Source: Gammaproteobacteria bacterium (GTDB taxonomy: Bacteria > Pseudomonadota > Gammaproteobacteria > JABHGC01). From it: a stretch of DNA of 64,000 nt. The notes under the pieces are model-generated. The model worked only from the letters and a program-made list of their open reading frames with translations, did not search any database and had not been told where the DNA came from. The DNA is taken from positions 932 through 64,931 of the forward strand of contig JALWTS010000041.1 in NCBI GenBank assembly GCA_027077805.1. Reading direction: 5' to 3'. The position numbers and the translations under genes are program-made. Each line of letters opens with the position of its first letter. The stretch's first letter is position 1. This document shows positions 10,422 to 19,843 of the stretch, in pieces.

Positions 10422-12377
10422 CTAACTCACATTCAACCACTCGAATTGATAGGGTGATAAGACCAAACGCTTTTCATAAATCGCTGGTGTTCGTCCTGAA
10501 CATAAGGAACGCAAGCGTCCTTGTTCGTGAAAAATTTTATGTTCTAAAACGCTTAAATCCAAATATTGTGGCAAATCATTAAAGTTACACACCACTAGTA
10601 CTTTGTCATTGAGTTGCTGATGGTTGGATCGAATAAAACCAAATAAATGCGGATTATCAGTCTCAATTAATTCCCGATTATTAAAATCAGCAAAAGCAGG
10701 GGTACTTTTGCGTACCGCAATCATTTTTTTTAAGGTTTGAAATAATTTATATTCAATCGTTCCTTGTTGATTACGCAATGCCACATTATTCCAATTGATT
10801 TTCGGTCTATGCATCCAGCGATTATCATCGGCTTTCGCACTGTCTTCTAAATAACTGCAATCATTTAGCGTACCAATTTCATCACCGTAATAAAGTAAAG
10901 GGATACCACCAAAAGATAAGATTAAACTATGCAATAACAAAATCTTTTTAATCGCTAAGTCAATTTGTTCAAGATTCTCTTGTTCTATTGCTCGCTGCAA
11001 GCCAATTAATGAGGCAAGTGATCCTGAAATTCTCGCATCGCCTGTTCTTGGATTATACATAAAAACACTGCCTTTTGCGGGTGAACCTTCAAATTGACCT
11101 GAATAATAATCCACCAAAAATTGGCGATGAGCATGGGGTTCATATCCCACATGACGAATATCATTATCATCAAATCCAAAACCAATATCATCATGACAAC
11201 GAACATAATTTAACCATGTGGCACGATCTAATTTATGAGGCAAACTTTTTAAACCTTGATAAAGCAATTTACTATTTTTAGTAGCGACCGCATCCCACAG
11301 CAATGCCATAAAAGTTGCGTTATAGGCAATTTCACATTCTTTAGCAATGACGGCATCTTCACCAAAATATTTAATAATTTCCACGGGTGCGACAATGGCT
11401 TCCGCAATAAACAACACCCCAGGTGCGACTACTTGACAGCAATCTTTAAATAATTGTAATAATAAGTGAGCCTCATGTTCATTTTGACACATAGTGCCAA
11501 TTTTTTTCCATAAAAAAGCAACCGCATCCAAGCGCATCACATCCACGCCTTGATTCGCCCAAAATAAAATAATATCCAACATTTCAATAAAAACCGCAGG
11601 ATTGGTATAATTCAAATCCCATTGATATTGATGAAACACGGTCATTACCCACTGTTGCATCTCAGGATTCCAAGTAAAGTTCCCCGGCGCAATTTCAGGG
11701 AAAATTTCTAACATGGTTTGTTCAAACATATCTGGAATTTCACGCGTTTTAAAACAATAGTAATAGTCCTGATATTGCGTTTCGCCCGCTTTGGCTTTTT
11801 TTGCCCATTGATGTTCATCTGAGGTATGATTTAATACAATATCTAACACCAGTAACATATCACGTTTTTTGATTTCCTCAGATAATACTCGCAAATCACT
11901 TAAACTACCGACTCTTGCATCAATTTCACGAAAATCACTGACCGCATAACCACCATCACTTTTGCCTTGTGGACATTGTAAAATTGGCATGACATGCAAA
12001 AAATTAATGCCTAATTCTTGTAAGTACGATATTTTCGTGCTTAAATCGCGTAAACCATCGGCAAAACCATTGCTATACAATGCCATACCCATTAATTCTT
12101 GACTTAAAAACCAAGTATGATTATCTTCTCTAATCACATCTAACGCTTGTAAATTATCGGGACGAGCAATATATTGTCGAGCTAAGGTTTCCACTAAATT
12201 GAGCATTTGCGATTTAAAATCATCACGCTGACCATATAAAGTAAAAAACAAGGTATAAATTGCATAAAAATTAGCCCCTAAACGGGTATAAAAATGACGT
12301 AAATCTTCTTTACTAATTTCAGGATGCAGATCATCTAAAATATCGTTTAATAAAGAGTGTGAAATTTGTTCATACAT
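10422..12377 (-). CDS. Amylosucrase (GH13 sucrose glucosyltransferase)
   Basis: 651 aa that aligns throughout to my memory of Neisseria amylosucrase (GKSDGGYAVSDFREID, LNHTSDEHQWA, GVDVMRLDAVAFLWK, WDLNYTNP, YVRCHDDIG). Confidence 0.88.
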   Translation of the reverse strand: MYEQISHSLLNDILDDLHPEISKEDLRHFYTRLGANFYAIYTLFFTLYGQRDDFKSQMLNLVETLARQYIARPDNLQALDVIREDNHTWFLSQELMGMALYSNGFADGLRDLSTKISYLQELGINFLHVMPILQCPQGKSDGGYAVSDFREIDARVGSLSDLRVLSEEIKKRDMLLVLDIVLNHTSDEHQWAKKAKAGETQYQDYYYCFKTREIPDMFEQTMLEIFPEIAPGNFTWNPEMQQWVMTVFHQYQWDLNYTNPAVFIEMLDIILFWANQGVDVMRLDAVAFLWKKIGTMCQNEHEAHLLLQLFKDCCQVVAPGVLFIAEAIVAPVEIIKYFGEDAVIAKECEIAYNATFMALLWDAVATKNSKLLYQGLKSLPHKLDRATWLNYVRCHDDIGFGFDDNDIRHVGYEPHAHRQFLVDYYSGQFEGSPAKGSVFMYNPRTGDARISGSLASLIGLQRAIEQENLEQIDLAIKKILLLHSLILSFGGIPLLYYGDEIGTLNDCSYLEDSAKADDNRWMHRPKINWNNVALRNQQGTIEYKLFQTLKKMIAVRKSTPAFADFNNRELIETDNPHLFGFIRSNHQQLNDKVLVVCNFNDLPQYLDLSVLEHKIFHEQGRLRSLCSGRTPAIYEKRLVLSPYQFEWLNVS

Positions 12378-12424
12378 TGGTAAATACCCCTATCTATATC
12401 AAGTAAACAATGGGAATAGTAGAA

Positions 12425-13336
12425 TTAAGCCAAGTCCCATGCTTGTAAAAAAGCTTGATAAAATTCAAGTTCTGCAACAGTTGCCCCTTGTTTACCTACG
12501 ATTGCCGAGGCAAAGCCTTGGGCTCGTTCTAAGCTGGTTGCTAATGACCAATCTAACTGCAATCCTAATAATAATACTGAGGCAAACGCATCACCTGCTC
12601 CCACCGTATCAACCATAGTATCAACCTTAGTTGCTTTGATTGTAAAATGCTCGCCAGTATTGCTTACTGCTATCGCCCCTTGTTCGCCCATAGTCACGAC
12701 TAACCATTCTAATTGATATTGTTGGCAAAATTGTTGGGCTTGGGTAAGTATATCTGTTGTTTGAGAATGATTTGCTTGTAATTGTACTAATTCATCTTGA
12801 TTGAGTTTTACCCAAGTTGCCTCTCTTACCCATGCTAAAACTTGCGGTGCTTGCCACCAAGGTTGACGTAAATTAACATCCATAAATATTTTAGGTAATG
12901 TCCCAGACTGGGATTGATGTTGTTTTAAATCATCTAAACTTTGTCTGGATTTCGGTTGACGTAAAGCTAAACTGCCATGATATAAACATTTCATCTCTGC
13001 TGGCATAGTGTTTGCGTTAATATCAATAAAATCATACGCACTATTAATCCGAATATCATAGCTAGGCTCATGATTGTTTAAGGTAATTACCACTAAACCA
13101 GTCGGATGTCCCTCATCAAACTGCAAACCACTTATATCCATACCCCAAGACTGCATGGCTTGCAAAATTCGTTGTCCAAATTTATCATTGCCTACTCGGC
13201 TAATAAATAATGGCATGAAACCAAATGCCTGTAAATGCCAAGCCACATTAAATGGCGCCCCGCCTAATACTTGTTGGCCATCGGGAAAACAATCAAACAA
13301 AACCTCACCAAAAATACCAATACGTCCGTTACTCAT
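12425..13336 (-). CDS. PfkB-family fructokinase
   Basis: GAPFNVAWHLQAFG near the N-terminus and DTVGAGDAF near the C-terminus. I prefer ATG 13336 because it is preceded by AAGGAG; the ORF track start at 13357 is an alternative. Confidence 0.85.
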   Translation of the reverse strand: MSNGRIGIFGEVLFDCFPDGQQVLGGAPFNVAWHLQAFGFMPLFISRVGNDKFGQRILQAMQSWGMDISGLQFDEGHPTGLVVITLNNHEPSYDIRINSAYDFIDINANTMPAEMKCLYHGSLALRQPKSRQSLDDLKQHQSQSGTLPKIFMDVNLRQPWWQAPQVLAWVREATWVKLNQDELVQLQANHSQTTDILTQAQQFCQQYQLEWLVVTMGEQGAIAVSNTGEHFTIKATKVDTMVDTVGAGDAFASVLLLGLQLDWSLATSLERAQGFASAIVGKQGATVAELEFYQAFLQAWDLA

Positions 13337-13460
13337 TACAGTTAGTCTCCTTCCCATAATGTACCTGTGCGTCCATCACTGGTATTAAAGTAACGTACAT
13401 AGTATCTTCCTAACATTTGCATCATCTTTGAAATCCCTGATAATGTTTGGTGGAATAAGT

Positions 13461-13724
13461 TTAATAAATATCACTTCGATGACCAACAGTAATAACTAAG
13501 ATAACCAAATCTTCGTCTTGAATATCACAAATTACTCGATAATCTCCGACACGATAACGCCAATAATCCCCAAAAGACCCTTTTAAAGCCTTGCCTATAG
13601 AGCGAGGGTTGTCTAGTGGCACAACTCGTTCTTCCATATACGTTAAAATACGATTAGCAATCTGTTTGTCTAATTTCACTAATTTACGTTTTGCTGTATT
13701 GGTATATTTAATTGTCCAAACCAA
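13461..13724 (-). CDS. relE: Type II toxin, RelE/ParE (RelE/StbE) family
   Basis: 87 aa, with WRYRVGDYRVICDIQDEDLVILVITVGHRSDIY. It overlaps the upstream antitoxin gene by 17 nt. Confidence 0.88.
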   Translation of the reverse strand: MVWTIKYTNTAKRKLVKLDKQIANRILTYMEERVVPLDNPRSIGKALKGSFGDYWRYRVGDYRVICDIQDEDLVILVITVGHRSDIY

Positions 13725-13935
13725 GTTCTTTCCTTATGTCATCTGAACTATAAATTCTTTCTTTCCCTTGTTTTACGTTCTCCATAACCTCACTTGCCAA
13801 ATAATAATCTTCTAGGTCATCTAAACGATTAATAATGGCTTCCCGAATATAAAATGCTTTAGAACGTTTTGTTGATTTAGCAAGTAAATCCAAACGTTCT
13901 TCTATTTCATTAGGTAATCGTACAGAAGTAGGCAT
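13708..13935 (-). CDS. relB: Type II antitoxin, ribbon-helix-helix (RelB/DinJ/CopG-like)
   Basis: MPTSVRLPNEIEERLDLLAKSTKRSKAFYIREAI is an RHH motif. I start at ATG 13935; the longer ORF-track start at 13968 is unlikely. Confidence 0.82.
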   Translation of the reverse strand: MPTSVRLPNEIEERLDLLAKSTKRSKAFYIREAIINRLDDLEDYYLASEVMENVKQGKERIYSSDDIRKELGLDN

Positions 13936-13998
13936 GATTAAAAATTCCTTCGTTAAGAATGAATACATGTATTCAATTATAACATAAGAAATAAATAA

Positions 13999-14109
13999 AC
14001 AAATATCATTTGGTCAAAAATTTTTTCTTTTAGTGAGGATAGAGAACCATTGAAAACCTTGGTCGCTAATATTTGGGGCAAATTATTTGGCGATAGAGGA
14101 TACATATAA
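13999..14109 (+). pseudogene. DDE transposase relic (IS982/IS4-like)
   Basis: A 36-codon open frame ends in SEDREPLKTLVANIWGKLFGDRGYI*. This resembles the conserved (D)DRxP...L.GKL(F/I)GD(K/R)GYIS block of IS982-type transposases as I recall it. Stops and frameshifts lie on both sides, and weaker similarity may extend to about 14215. Confidence 0.45.
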
Positions 14110-14314
14110 TAATTGGGGGGAATATGATAAGGCTTGTTAGCAGTTTCATTGAGATGACCTTTTTTATTTATTATAATGTTATGGCTAGAACAACAACAAC
14201 AAGTCAAGGCTTTAATTAAACATTTTTTTAACTATCCGTTTGAATTTGAATATTACTGGGATTAAGCCAAGCAAGATCAAGAACGCTAAGTGTTTTCTAT
14301 ACGAGATGAATTAG

Positions 14315-16462
14315 CTATTCCTCACTAATCATACAATTCTGATAAAACTGATAATGTTCAATTGCTTCTAAAATCCCTAAAGCATAAGGTTTTTTCGCAA
14401 AATAAATCCGTTCTTGATCCACTAATTTTGATAATTCTTCATGATGGCGATTTGCGACTACTACGGCTAAGGTATTGCCTCGCATCATATCTTCATCCGC
14501 CCCTGATCCGCCTGCCACTAAAATATGTTCTAAAGGAATATCCCAACGTTGTGAAAAATAACGAAGAGCTAACCCTTTAGACGCTCGTGCAGGCACAATA
14601 TCTAAAAATTGACCAAAGGCATGAATTACATTAACAGTACGTTCCTCTTTACGCAATAAGGTATTAATATCCTCAACTGACGGTGCGGTTTCGGGATCAT
14701 AGTGATAGGAAATTTTAAATCGGCTTTGACTTGATTTCTCCTGTGGAAATAAGCCAGGTAAATCGGATAATATGCGCCGAATAGCGGTTGGATTCCAACT
14801 ATGATCGATATGTTGACTCCATGCAATATCTTGAGTAAATTGTGGCGTATAATAAATTTCAGTGCCTAAACTAGTAATTAACACATCTGGCATGGGAATA
14901 CGATATTTTTTTAATACGGCTAAAGCAGAACTTAAATTACGCCCTGTGGCAATACCAAACCCCGCACATTTACGATTTTGATTAATGACTTTTGCAAATT
15001 CCGCTAAACATTTCGGATTGCCTAATAAATTCTGATCCAAATCGCTAAATAATGCCCGATCATGCTGTCGCATTGGACGTTTAGTTTTTGGTGGTGAAGG
15101 TAAATGTCCATGTTGTTCAAATAATGGCTGTAATTGTTTTAAATACTGTTTGGTATGCGCTTGCCAAGAATAATGCTGATACACTCCTTGCAAACCATTT
15201 TTAGAGCATTTCATCCAAAGTTCTTGATCTCGTAGTAGTTTTAATAATGCTTTGGTAATGGCGACTGGGTCTAGTGGATCAACTAACCAACCATTTTGAC
15301 AATTATTAATAATATCCACGGGTCCCCCATTTTCAGTGGCAACAATTGGCACCCCTGTCGCCGCTGCCTCTAATAATGTCAAACCAAAAGGTTCCGTTAA
15401 GGCGGGATTGATAAATACGCCACGAGACGCCATGACCAAACGATAAATATCAGGCACTTCATCGGCACGATGATGTTTCGGTATCGCAACCCGCCCATAA
15501 AGATCGTAATAATCAATTAACAGTAAAATTTCAGTTAAAACTGACTGCGCCCCAGAATTTAATTCTCGAATATCCTCACGATTGCCCGCAATAATCACCA
15601 AGTTGGCGATTTTTTGTAATTTTGGTGATGCACCATAGGCTTCGATCAAAGTAACAATGTTTTTGCGTTCATCGGGTCGTGATAAGGCTAGAATAATGGG
15701 TTTTTTAGCCTTTCTTAAAAATCGAGACAGTTCTTTTTTGAAAGGAATATCATTTAACTGTTTGGGTGGAAAAAACAACGTTAAATCCACCCCAGGCGGA
15801 ATCACCCGCATGGATTCAGGTTGATAATAATCATACAATTCATATTGATCCGAAATTTCATTATGGGTACTAGTAATCACCAAGCGAGCATTTGCCAATA
15901 CTTCTTCCTCGGCTTCAATTCGTCGTGCCATATGATAACGCTGTTGGATTTGTTCCTGCGTTAAGCCCGAGGCTAATAAACGACGGCATTTATCTCGTCC
16001 TAAAGAATGCCCTGTATGCACTAAAGGAATTTCAGTAAAATTAGCAAGTCTTACCCCAACATAACCCCCATCAGCATAATGACTATGCAAAATATCAGGC
16101 AAACGTGGCAAAGTTTTCAACCAAACCAAGGCATTATCAATAAAACCATCCAGATAATCCCATAAGTCTTCTTTACGCAAATAACCTTCAGGAACGGTAT
16201 TAATCCGCACAATTCGGGCATTATCCGCCAAATATTCCACAGGCTTAGCATAATCATCACTCACATGACTATCCACCACTTTTTGGGTAATTAAATCAAC
16301 CGCCTCAACATTAGGATTTTGAGCCAATGCCTTTGCCAAATCCACTACATATTTCGTTTGTCCACCTGTATCCGCATCTCGCCCTAATTCCAAATCATGT
16401 CCACGAATTAAACCATGAATACTGATTAATACTATATAAATCGAGGAATGCTGTTTTGACAT
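14315..16462 (-). CDS. Sucrose-phosphate synthase (GT4) fused to a C-terminal SPP-like HAD domain
   Basis: LISIHGLIRG..ELGRDADTGGQTKYV, PHILHSHYADGG-like and EPFGLTLLEAAATGVPIVAT are the GT-B SPS motifs. The C-terminal roughly 250 aa is a HAD domain with FSDLDQNLLG. I prefer ATG 16462, because the ORF-track start at 16552 is a TTG. Confidence 0.88.
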   Translation of the reverse strand: MSKQHSSIYIVLISIHGLIRGHDLELGRDADTGGQTKYVVDLAKALAQNPNVEAVDLITQKVVDSHVSDDYAKPVEYLADNARIVRINTVPEGYLRKEDLWDYLDGFIDNALVWLKTLPRLPDILHSHYADGGYVGVRLANFTEIPLVHTGHSLGRDKCRRLLASGLTQEQIQQRYHMARRIEAEEEVLANARLVITSTHNEISDQYELYDYYQPESMRVIPPGVDLTLFFPPKQLNDIPFKKELSRFLRKAKKPIILALSRPDERKNIVTLIEAYGASPKLQKIANLVIIAGNREDIRELNSGAQSVLTEILLLIDYYDLYGRVAIPKHHRADEVPDIYRLVMASRGVFINPALTEPFGLTLLEAAATGVPIVATENGGPVDIINNCQNGWLVDPLDPVAITKALLKLLRDQELWMKCSKNGLQGVYQHYSWQAHTKQYLKQLQPLFEQHGHLPSPPKTKRPMRQHDRALFSDLDQNLLGNPKCLAEFAKVINQNRKCAGFGIATGRNLSSALAVLKKYRIPMPDVLITSLGTEIYYTPQFTQDIAWSQHIDHSWNPTAIRRILSDLPGLFPQEKSSQSRFKISYHYDPETAPSVEDINTLLRKEERTVNVIHAFGQFLDIVPARASKGLALRYFSQRWDIPLEHILVAGGSGADEDMMRGNTLAVVVANRHHEELSKLVDQERIYFAKKPYALGILEAIEHYQFYQNCMISEE

Positions 16463-16607
16463 TAATACTCGCTTTAGATTTATTGCCACATGGTGGTTAT
16501 TATAGCCAAATTTTAATATTTTTGAGTCAATCAAAACCTGATTGACATCCAAAACACCGGCAATACCATATTTTAACGTAAAATTTTACAAAACCATTGC
16601 AAAACCA

Positions 16608-16636
16608 TTGACATTTAATTTTAGCTTGATTAGAAT
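16608..16636 (+). promoter_or_regulatory. Sigma-70 promoter for tRNA-Asn
   Basis: TTGACA (16608-16613), a 17-nt spacer, then TAGAAT (16631-16636), followed by a discriminator-like AACGCCC. The tRNA starts at 16651. Confidence 0.6.
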
Positions 16637-16650
16637 AACGCCCTTTCTAC

Positions 16651-16726
<76 letters not shown>

Positions 16727-16742
16727 ATATTTTTTTCCGCTT

Positions 16743-17189
16743 ATGTCAACACCATTTTGGAAAACCAAGACTTTTACCAATATGTCCCGTAGCGAATGGG
16801 AAAGTCTTTGCGATGGTTGCGCACGTTGTTGTTTGCTTAAACTGGATGATAAAGAAAACCAAACCTATCATTATACCAATGTGGTTTGCCGTTATTTGGA
16901 TACCGAAAGCTGTCGCTGTACTCAATACCGAACCCGTAGCACCCTCGTTCCTGATTGCTTAACCCTAAGCCCTAAATTACTTATTCCTGATAATTATCGG
17001 TGGTTTCCATCCACTTGTGCCTACCGTTTACTGGCGGAAGGTAAAGACTTACCTTGGTGGCATCCATTGGTATCAGGTGATACTCACACTGTCCATTTAG
17101 CCCATGCCTCAGTGCAACAAAAAGTTATTTCTGAACAAAAAGTGGATGAGGATGACTTATTTGCACATATTATTTCTTGGGCAAAGTAA
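16743..17189 (+). CDS. ycgN: YcgN/UPF0260 cysteine-cluster protein
   Basis: 148 aa with WESLCDGCARCCLLKL..VVCRYLDTESCRCTQY, the typical YcgN Cys cluster. Confidence 0.8.
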   Translation: MSTPFWKTKTFTNMSRSEWESLCDGCARCCLLKLDDKENQTYHYTNVVCRYLDTESCRCTQYRTRSTLVPDCLTLSPKLLIPDNYRWFPSTCAYRLLAEGKDLPWWHPLVSGDTHTVHLAHASVQQKVISEQKVDEDDLFAHIISWAK

Positions 17190-17238
17190 CGCCAAAGACT
17201 ATAATTGATAGTAAATACTTATCACTAAGGTCAATAAT

Positions 17239-18288
17239 ATGTCAAATTATGTCTTAAATCTGGCAGAATTGGATATAAGGGATGTGGCACTGGTCGGTGA
17301 GAAAAATGCTTTTTTAGGGGAAACGACACAAAATTTAACCCAACAAGGCATTCAAATCCCAATAGGATTTGCAACCACCGCACAAGCCTATCGTGATTTT
17401 TTAGCTCAAAATCAACTTAATCTACGCATTGCCAGTATTTTAAATAGTTTGGACATAGACGATATTACCTCACTCACAGAAAACGGGCGAAAAATCCGCC
17501 AGTGGATTTTAGATATGCCATTTCAAACGGAGTTAGAACAGGCAATTCGACAGGCTTATCAACAACTCATGTTAAAATTAGGGCCTGATGTTAGCTTTGC
17601 AGTACGTTCCTCTGCCATGGTGGAAGACCTAGCGATTATTTTTTTTGCAGGAAAACAAAAAACTTCTTTAAATATCAAAGGCATTAATGCCGTATTAATT
17701 GCCATAAAACAAATATTCGCCTCTTTATTTAATGATCAAGCAATGGCTTATAAAATGCGTCAAGGATTTAAGCATACGGAAGTGGCATTATCCGCAAGCA
17801 TTCAACAAATGATTCGCAGTGATCTTTCGGCTAGTGGCGTTATGTTGAGTTCCAATGCCAAATCGGGTTTCAACCATACAGTGTGGATTAGCTCTAGTTA
17901 TGGTTTGGGTGCGACAACGGTTCAAAGAACGGTTCAGCCTGATCAATTTTATGTTTATAAACCTAATTTAGCCCGTAATAAAGCCAGTATTCCTAGTATT
18001 CGTAAACGTCACTTAGGCAGTAAACGCATTCAAATGATTTATGCTAATCCTAAACTTAATTGCGAAGATTCTGTGCAACTCGTTGAAGTAGATGAGAGTT
18101 TACGACAAAAATTTTCTATTAGCGACCAAGACGCTGAACAATTAGCGAGATACGCCGTAAAAATCGAACAATACTATCAATGCCCCATGGAAATTAAATG
18201 GGCCAAAGATGGTATTACTGGGCAAATTTATATTGTAAAAGTACGACCTAAAACAAGTGCAAAATCCTATCAATTTAAAGAATATTGA
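17239..18288 (+). CDS. PEP synthase N-terminal (PPDK_N/ATP-grasp) domain only; probably a truncated, degenerate ppsA remnant
   Basis: 349 aa, collinear with the first ~350 residues of PpsA as I recall it. It ends where the phospho-His swivel domain should begin, and conserved motifs are altered (see finding). Confidence 0.75.
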   Translation: MSNYVLNLAELDIRDVALVGEKNAFLGETTQNLTQQGIQIPIGFATTAQAYRDFLAQNQLNLRIASILNSLDIDDITSLTENGRKIRQWILDMPFQTELEQAIRQAYQQLMLKLGPDVSFAVRSSAMVEDLAIIFFAGKQKTSLNIKGINAVLIAIKQIFASLFNDQAMAYKMRQGFKHTEVALSASIQQMIRSDLSASGVMLSSNAKSGFNHTVWISSSYGLGATTVQRTVQPDQFYVYKPNLARNKASIPSIRKRHLGSKRIQMIYANPKLNCEDSVQLVEVDESLRQKFSISDQDAEQLARYAVKIEQYYQCPMEIKWAKDGITGQIYIVKVRPKTSAKSYQFKEY

Positions 18289-18388
18289 GTAAAAAAAATG
18301 TTATGTTAGAATTTTATAACAAACCTTTAAAAATGAGATAATATCCAATGATTAGAACCTATATTTATCCAAACAATAAGCGTTACTT

Positions 18389-19843
18389 ATGAACAAATCC
18401 GAACTGATTAACAAACTCCAACAAATTTTGCCTGAGCAAGCAATTTTAACAAAACCAGAACAATTAGCAGTGTATGAATGTGATGGCTTATCGGCTTATC
18501 GTCAACCCCCTTTACTTGTGGTTTTACCCAATACAGTGGAACAAATTCAGCAAATCCTGCAAATTTGCTATCAAGCCGAAATACCTATTGTTGCCAGAGG
18601 TTCAGGTACGGGTTTATCAGGTGGTGCTTTACCTTTAAAGCAAGGCATATTATTAAGTTTAGCCAAATTAAAGCAAATCTTAGCCATTGATGTCCAAAAT
18701 CGAACCGCAGTCGTACAACCAGGCGTAAGAAATTTAGCGATTTCCGAAGCGGTTGCACCGTATCATTTGTATTATGCCCCTGATCCTTCTTCACAAATTG
18801 CTTGTAGTATTGGCGGTAATGTCGCAGAAAATTCAGGAGGCGTGCATTGTTTAAAATATGGTTTAACGGTACATAATATTCAACAAATTAAAATTCTAAC
18901 CATAGAAGGCGAATTATTAACCCTAGGCAGTTCTGGTTTAGATAATGCTGGCTTTGATTTATTAGCCTTATTTCATGGCTCTGAAGGTTTACTCGGCATT
19001 ATTGTTGAAATTACGGTAAAACTGTTACCTAAGCCTGACAATACCCAAACCTTGCTCGCAGGTTTTAATAAAATCGAACAAGCAGGTGAAGCCGTAGCGG
19101 CAATTATTTCCTCAGGTATTATTCCTGCGGGTTTAGAAATGATGGATAAACTCTCGATTCAAGCCGCAGAAGATTTTATTCACCCTGGTTATCCACAAGA
19201 TGTTGAAGCAATTTTAATTTGTGAATTAGACGGCCAAATTGAGTCAGTTAATCAACAATTACAACAAACCCAAAAGATTTTAAAGCAATATCACGCCGAT
19301 CCCATAAAAATCGCCACCACCGCTACCCAACGCCAAAAATTTTGGCTAGGACGCAAATCGGCGTTTCCGGCGGTAGGTCGTTTAGCTCCTGATTATTACT
19401 GCATGGATGGCACGATTCCCAGAAAACATTTAGCCCCAGTATTACAACAAATTGCCCAATGGTCGGAAGAATATCAACTGCCTGTTGCTAATGTATTTCA
19501 TGCAGGTGATGGCAACTTACACCCTTTGATTCTATATGATGCCAATCAAGCAGGTGAACTCGAAAAAGCGGAACAACTCGGGGAGAAAATCTTAAGCTTA
19601 TGTGTTGACTATGGTGGTACAGTCACAGGTGAACATGGGGTTGGTATTGAAAAACTCAATCCTATGTGTCATCAATTTCAGCCCAATGAATTAACAATGT
19701 TTCATGCCATTAAACAATGTTTTGATCCCAAGAATTTGCTTAATCCAGGCAAAGCTATTCCAACTTTACAACGCTGTGCGGAACTTGGGGCAATGCATGT
19801 GCATCATAACCAACTACCCTTTCCAGAATTAGAACGATTTTAG
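18389..19843 (+). CDS. glcD: FAD-linked oxidase, glycolate oxidase subunit GlcD-like
   Basis: 484 aa with an FAD_binding_4 N-terminus (VARGSGTGLSGGALP) and a C-terminal GGTVTGEHGVGIEK. No glcE or glcF gene is adjacent. Confidence 0.8.
   Translation: MNKSELINKLQQILPEQAILTKPEQLAVYECDGLSAYRQPPLLVVLPNTVEQIQQILQICYQAEIPIVARGSGTGLSGGALPLKQGILLSLAKLKQILAIDVQNRTAVVQPGVRNLAISEAVAPYHLYYAPDPSSQIACSIGGNVAENSGGVHCLKYGLTVHNIQQIKILTIEGELLTLGSSGLDNAGFDLLALFHGSEGLLGIIVEITVKLLPKPDNTQTLLAGFNKIEQAGEAVAAIISSGIIPAGLEMMDKLSIQAAEDFIHPGYPQDVEAILICELDGQIESVNQQLQQTQKILKQYHADPIKIATTATQRQKFWLGRKSAFPAVGRLAPDYYCMDGTIPRKHLAPVLQQIAQWSEEYQLPVANVFHAGDGNLHPLILYDANQAGELEKAEQLGEKILSLCVDYGGTVTGEHGVGIEKLNPMCHQFQPNELTMFHAIKQCFDPKNLLNPGKAIPTLQRCAELGAMHVHHNQLPFPELERF

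Noticed and set aside
13342-13425. 27-codon ORF (MMQMLGRYYVRYFNTSDGRTGTLWEGD) ending 5 nt before the fructokinase ATG
   Set aside because: It could be a leader peptide, but it has no RBS of its own, I recognise no motif in it, and it contains the fruK Shine-Dalgarno. I cannot support it without conservation or ribosome-profiling data.
13977-14207. 76-aa minus-strand ORF (MTCCCCSSHN...) between relB and sps
   Set aside because: It is antisense to the transposase-relic region, has no recognisable motifs or RBS, and its composition is dominated by repeats (a CAACAACAACAA run).
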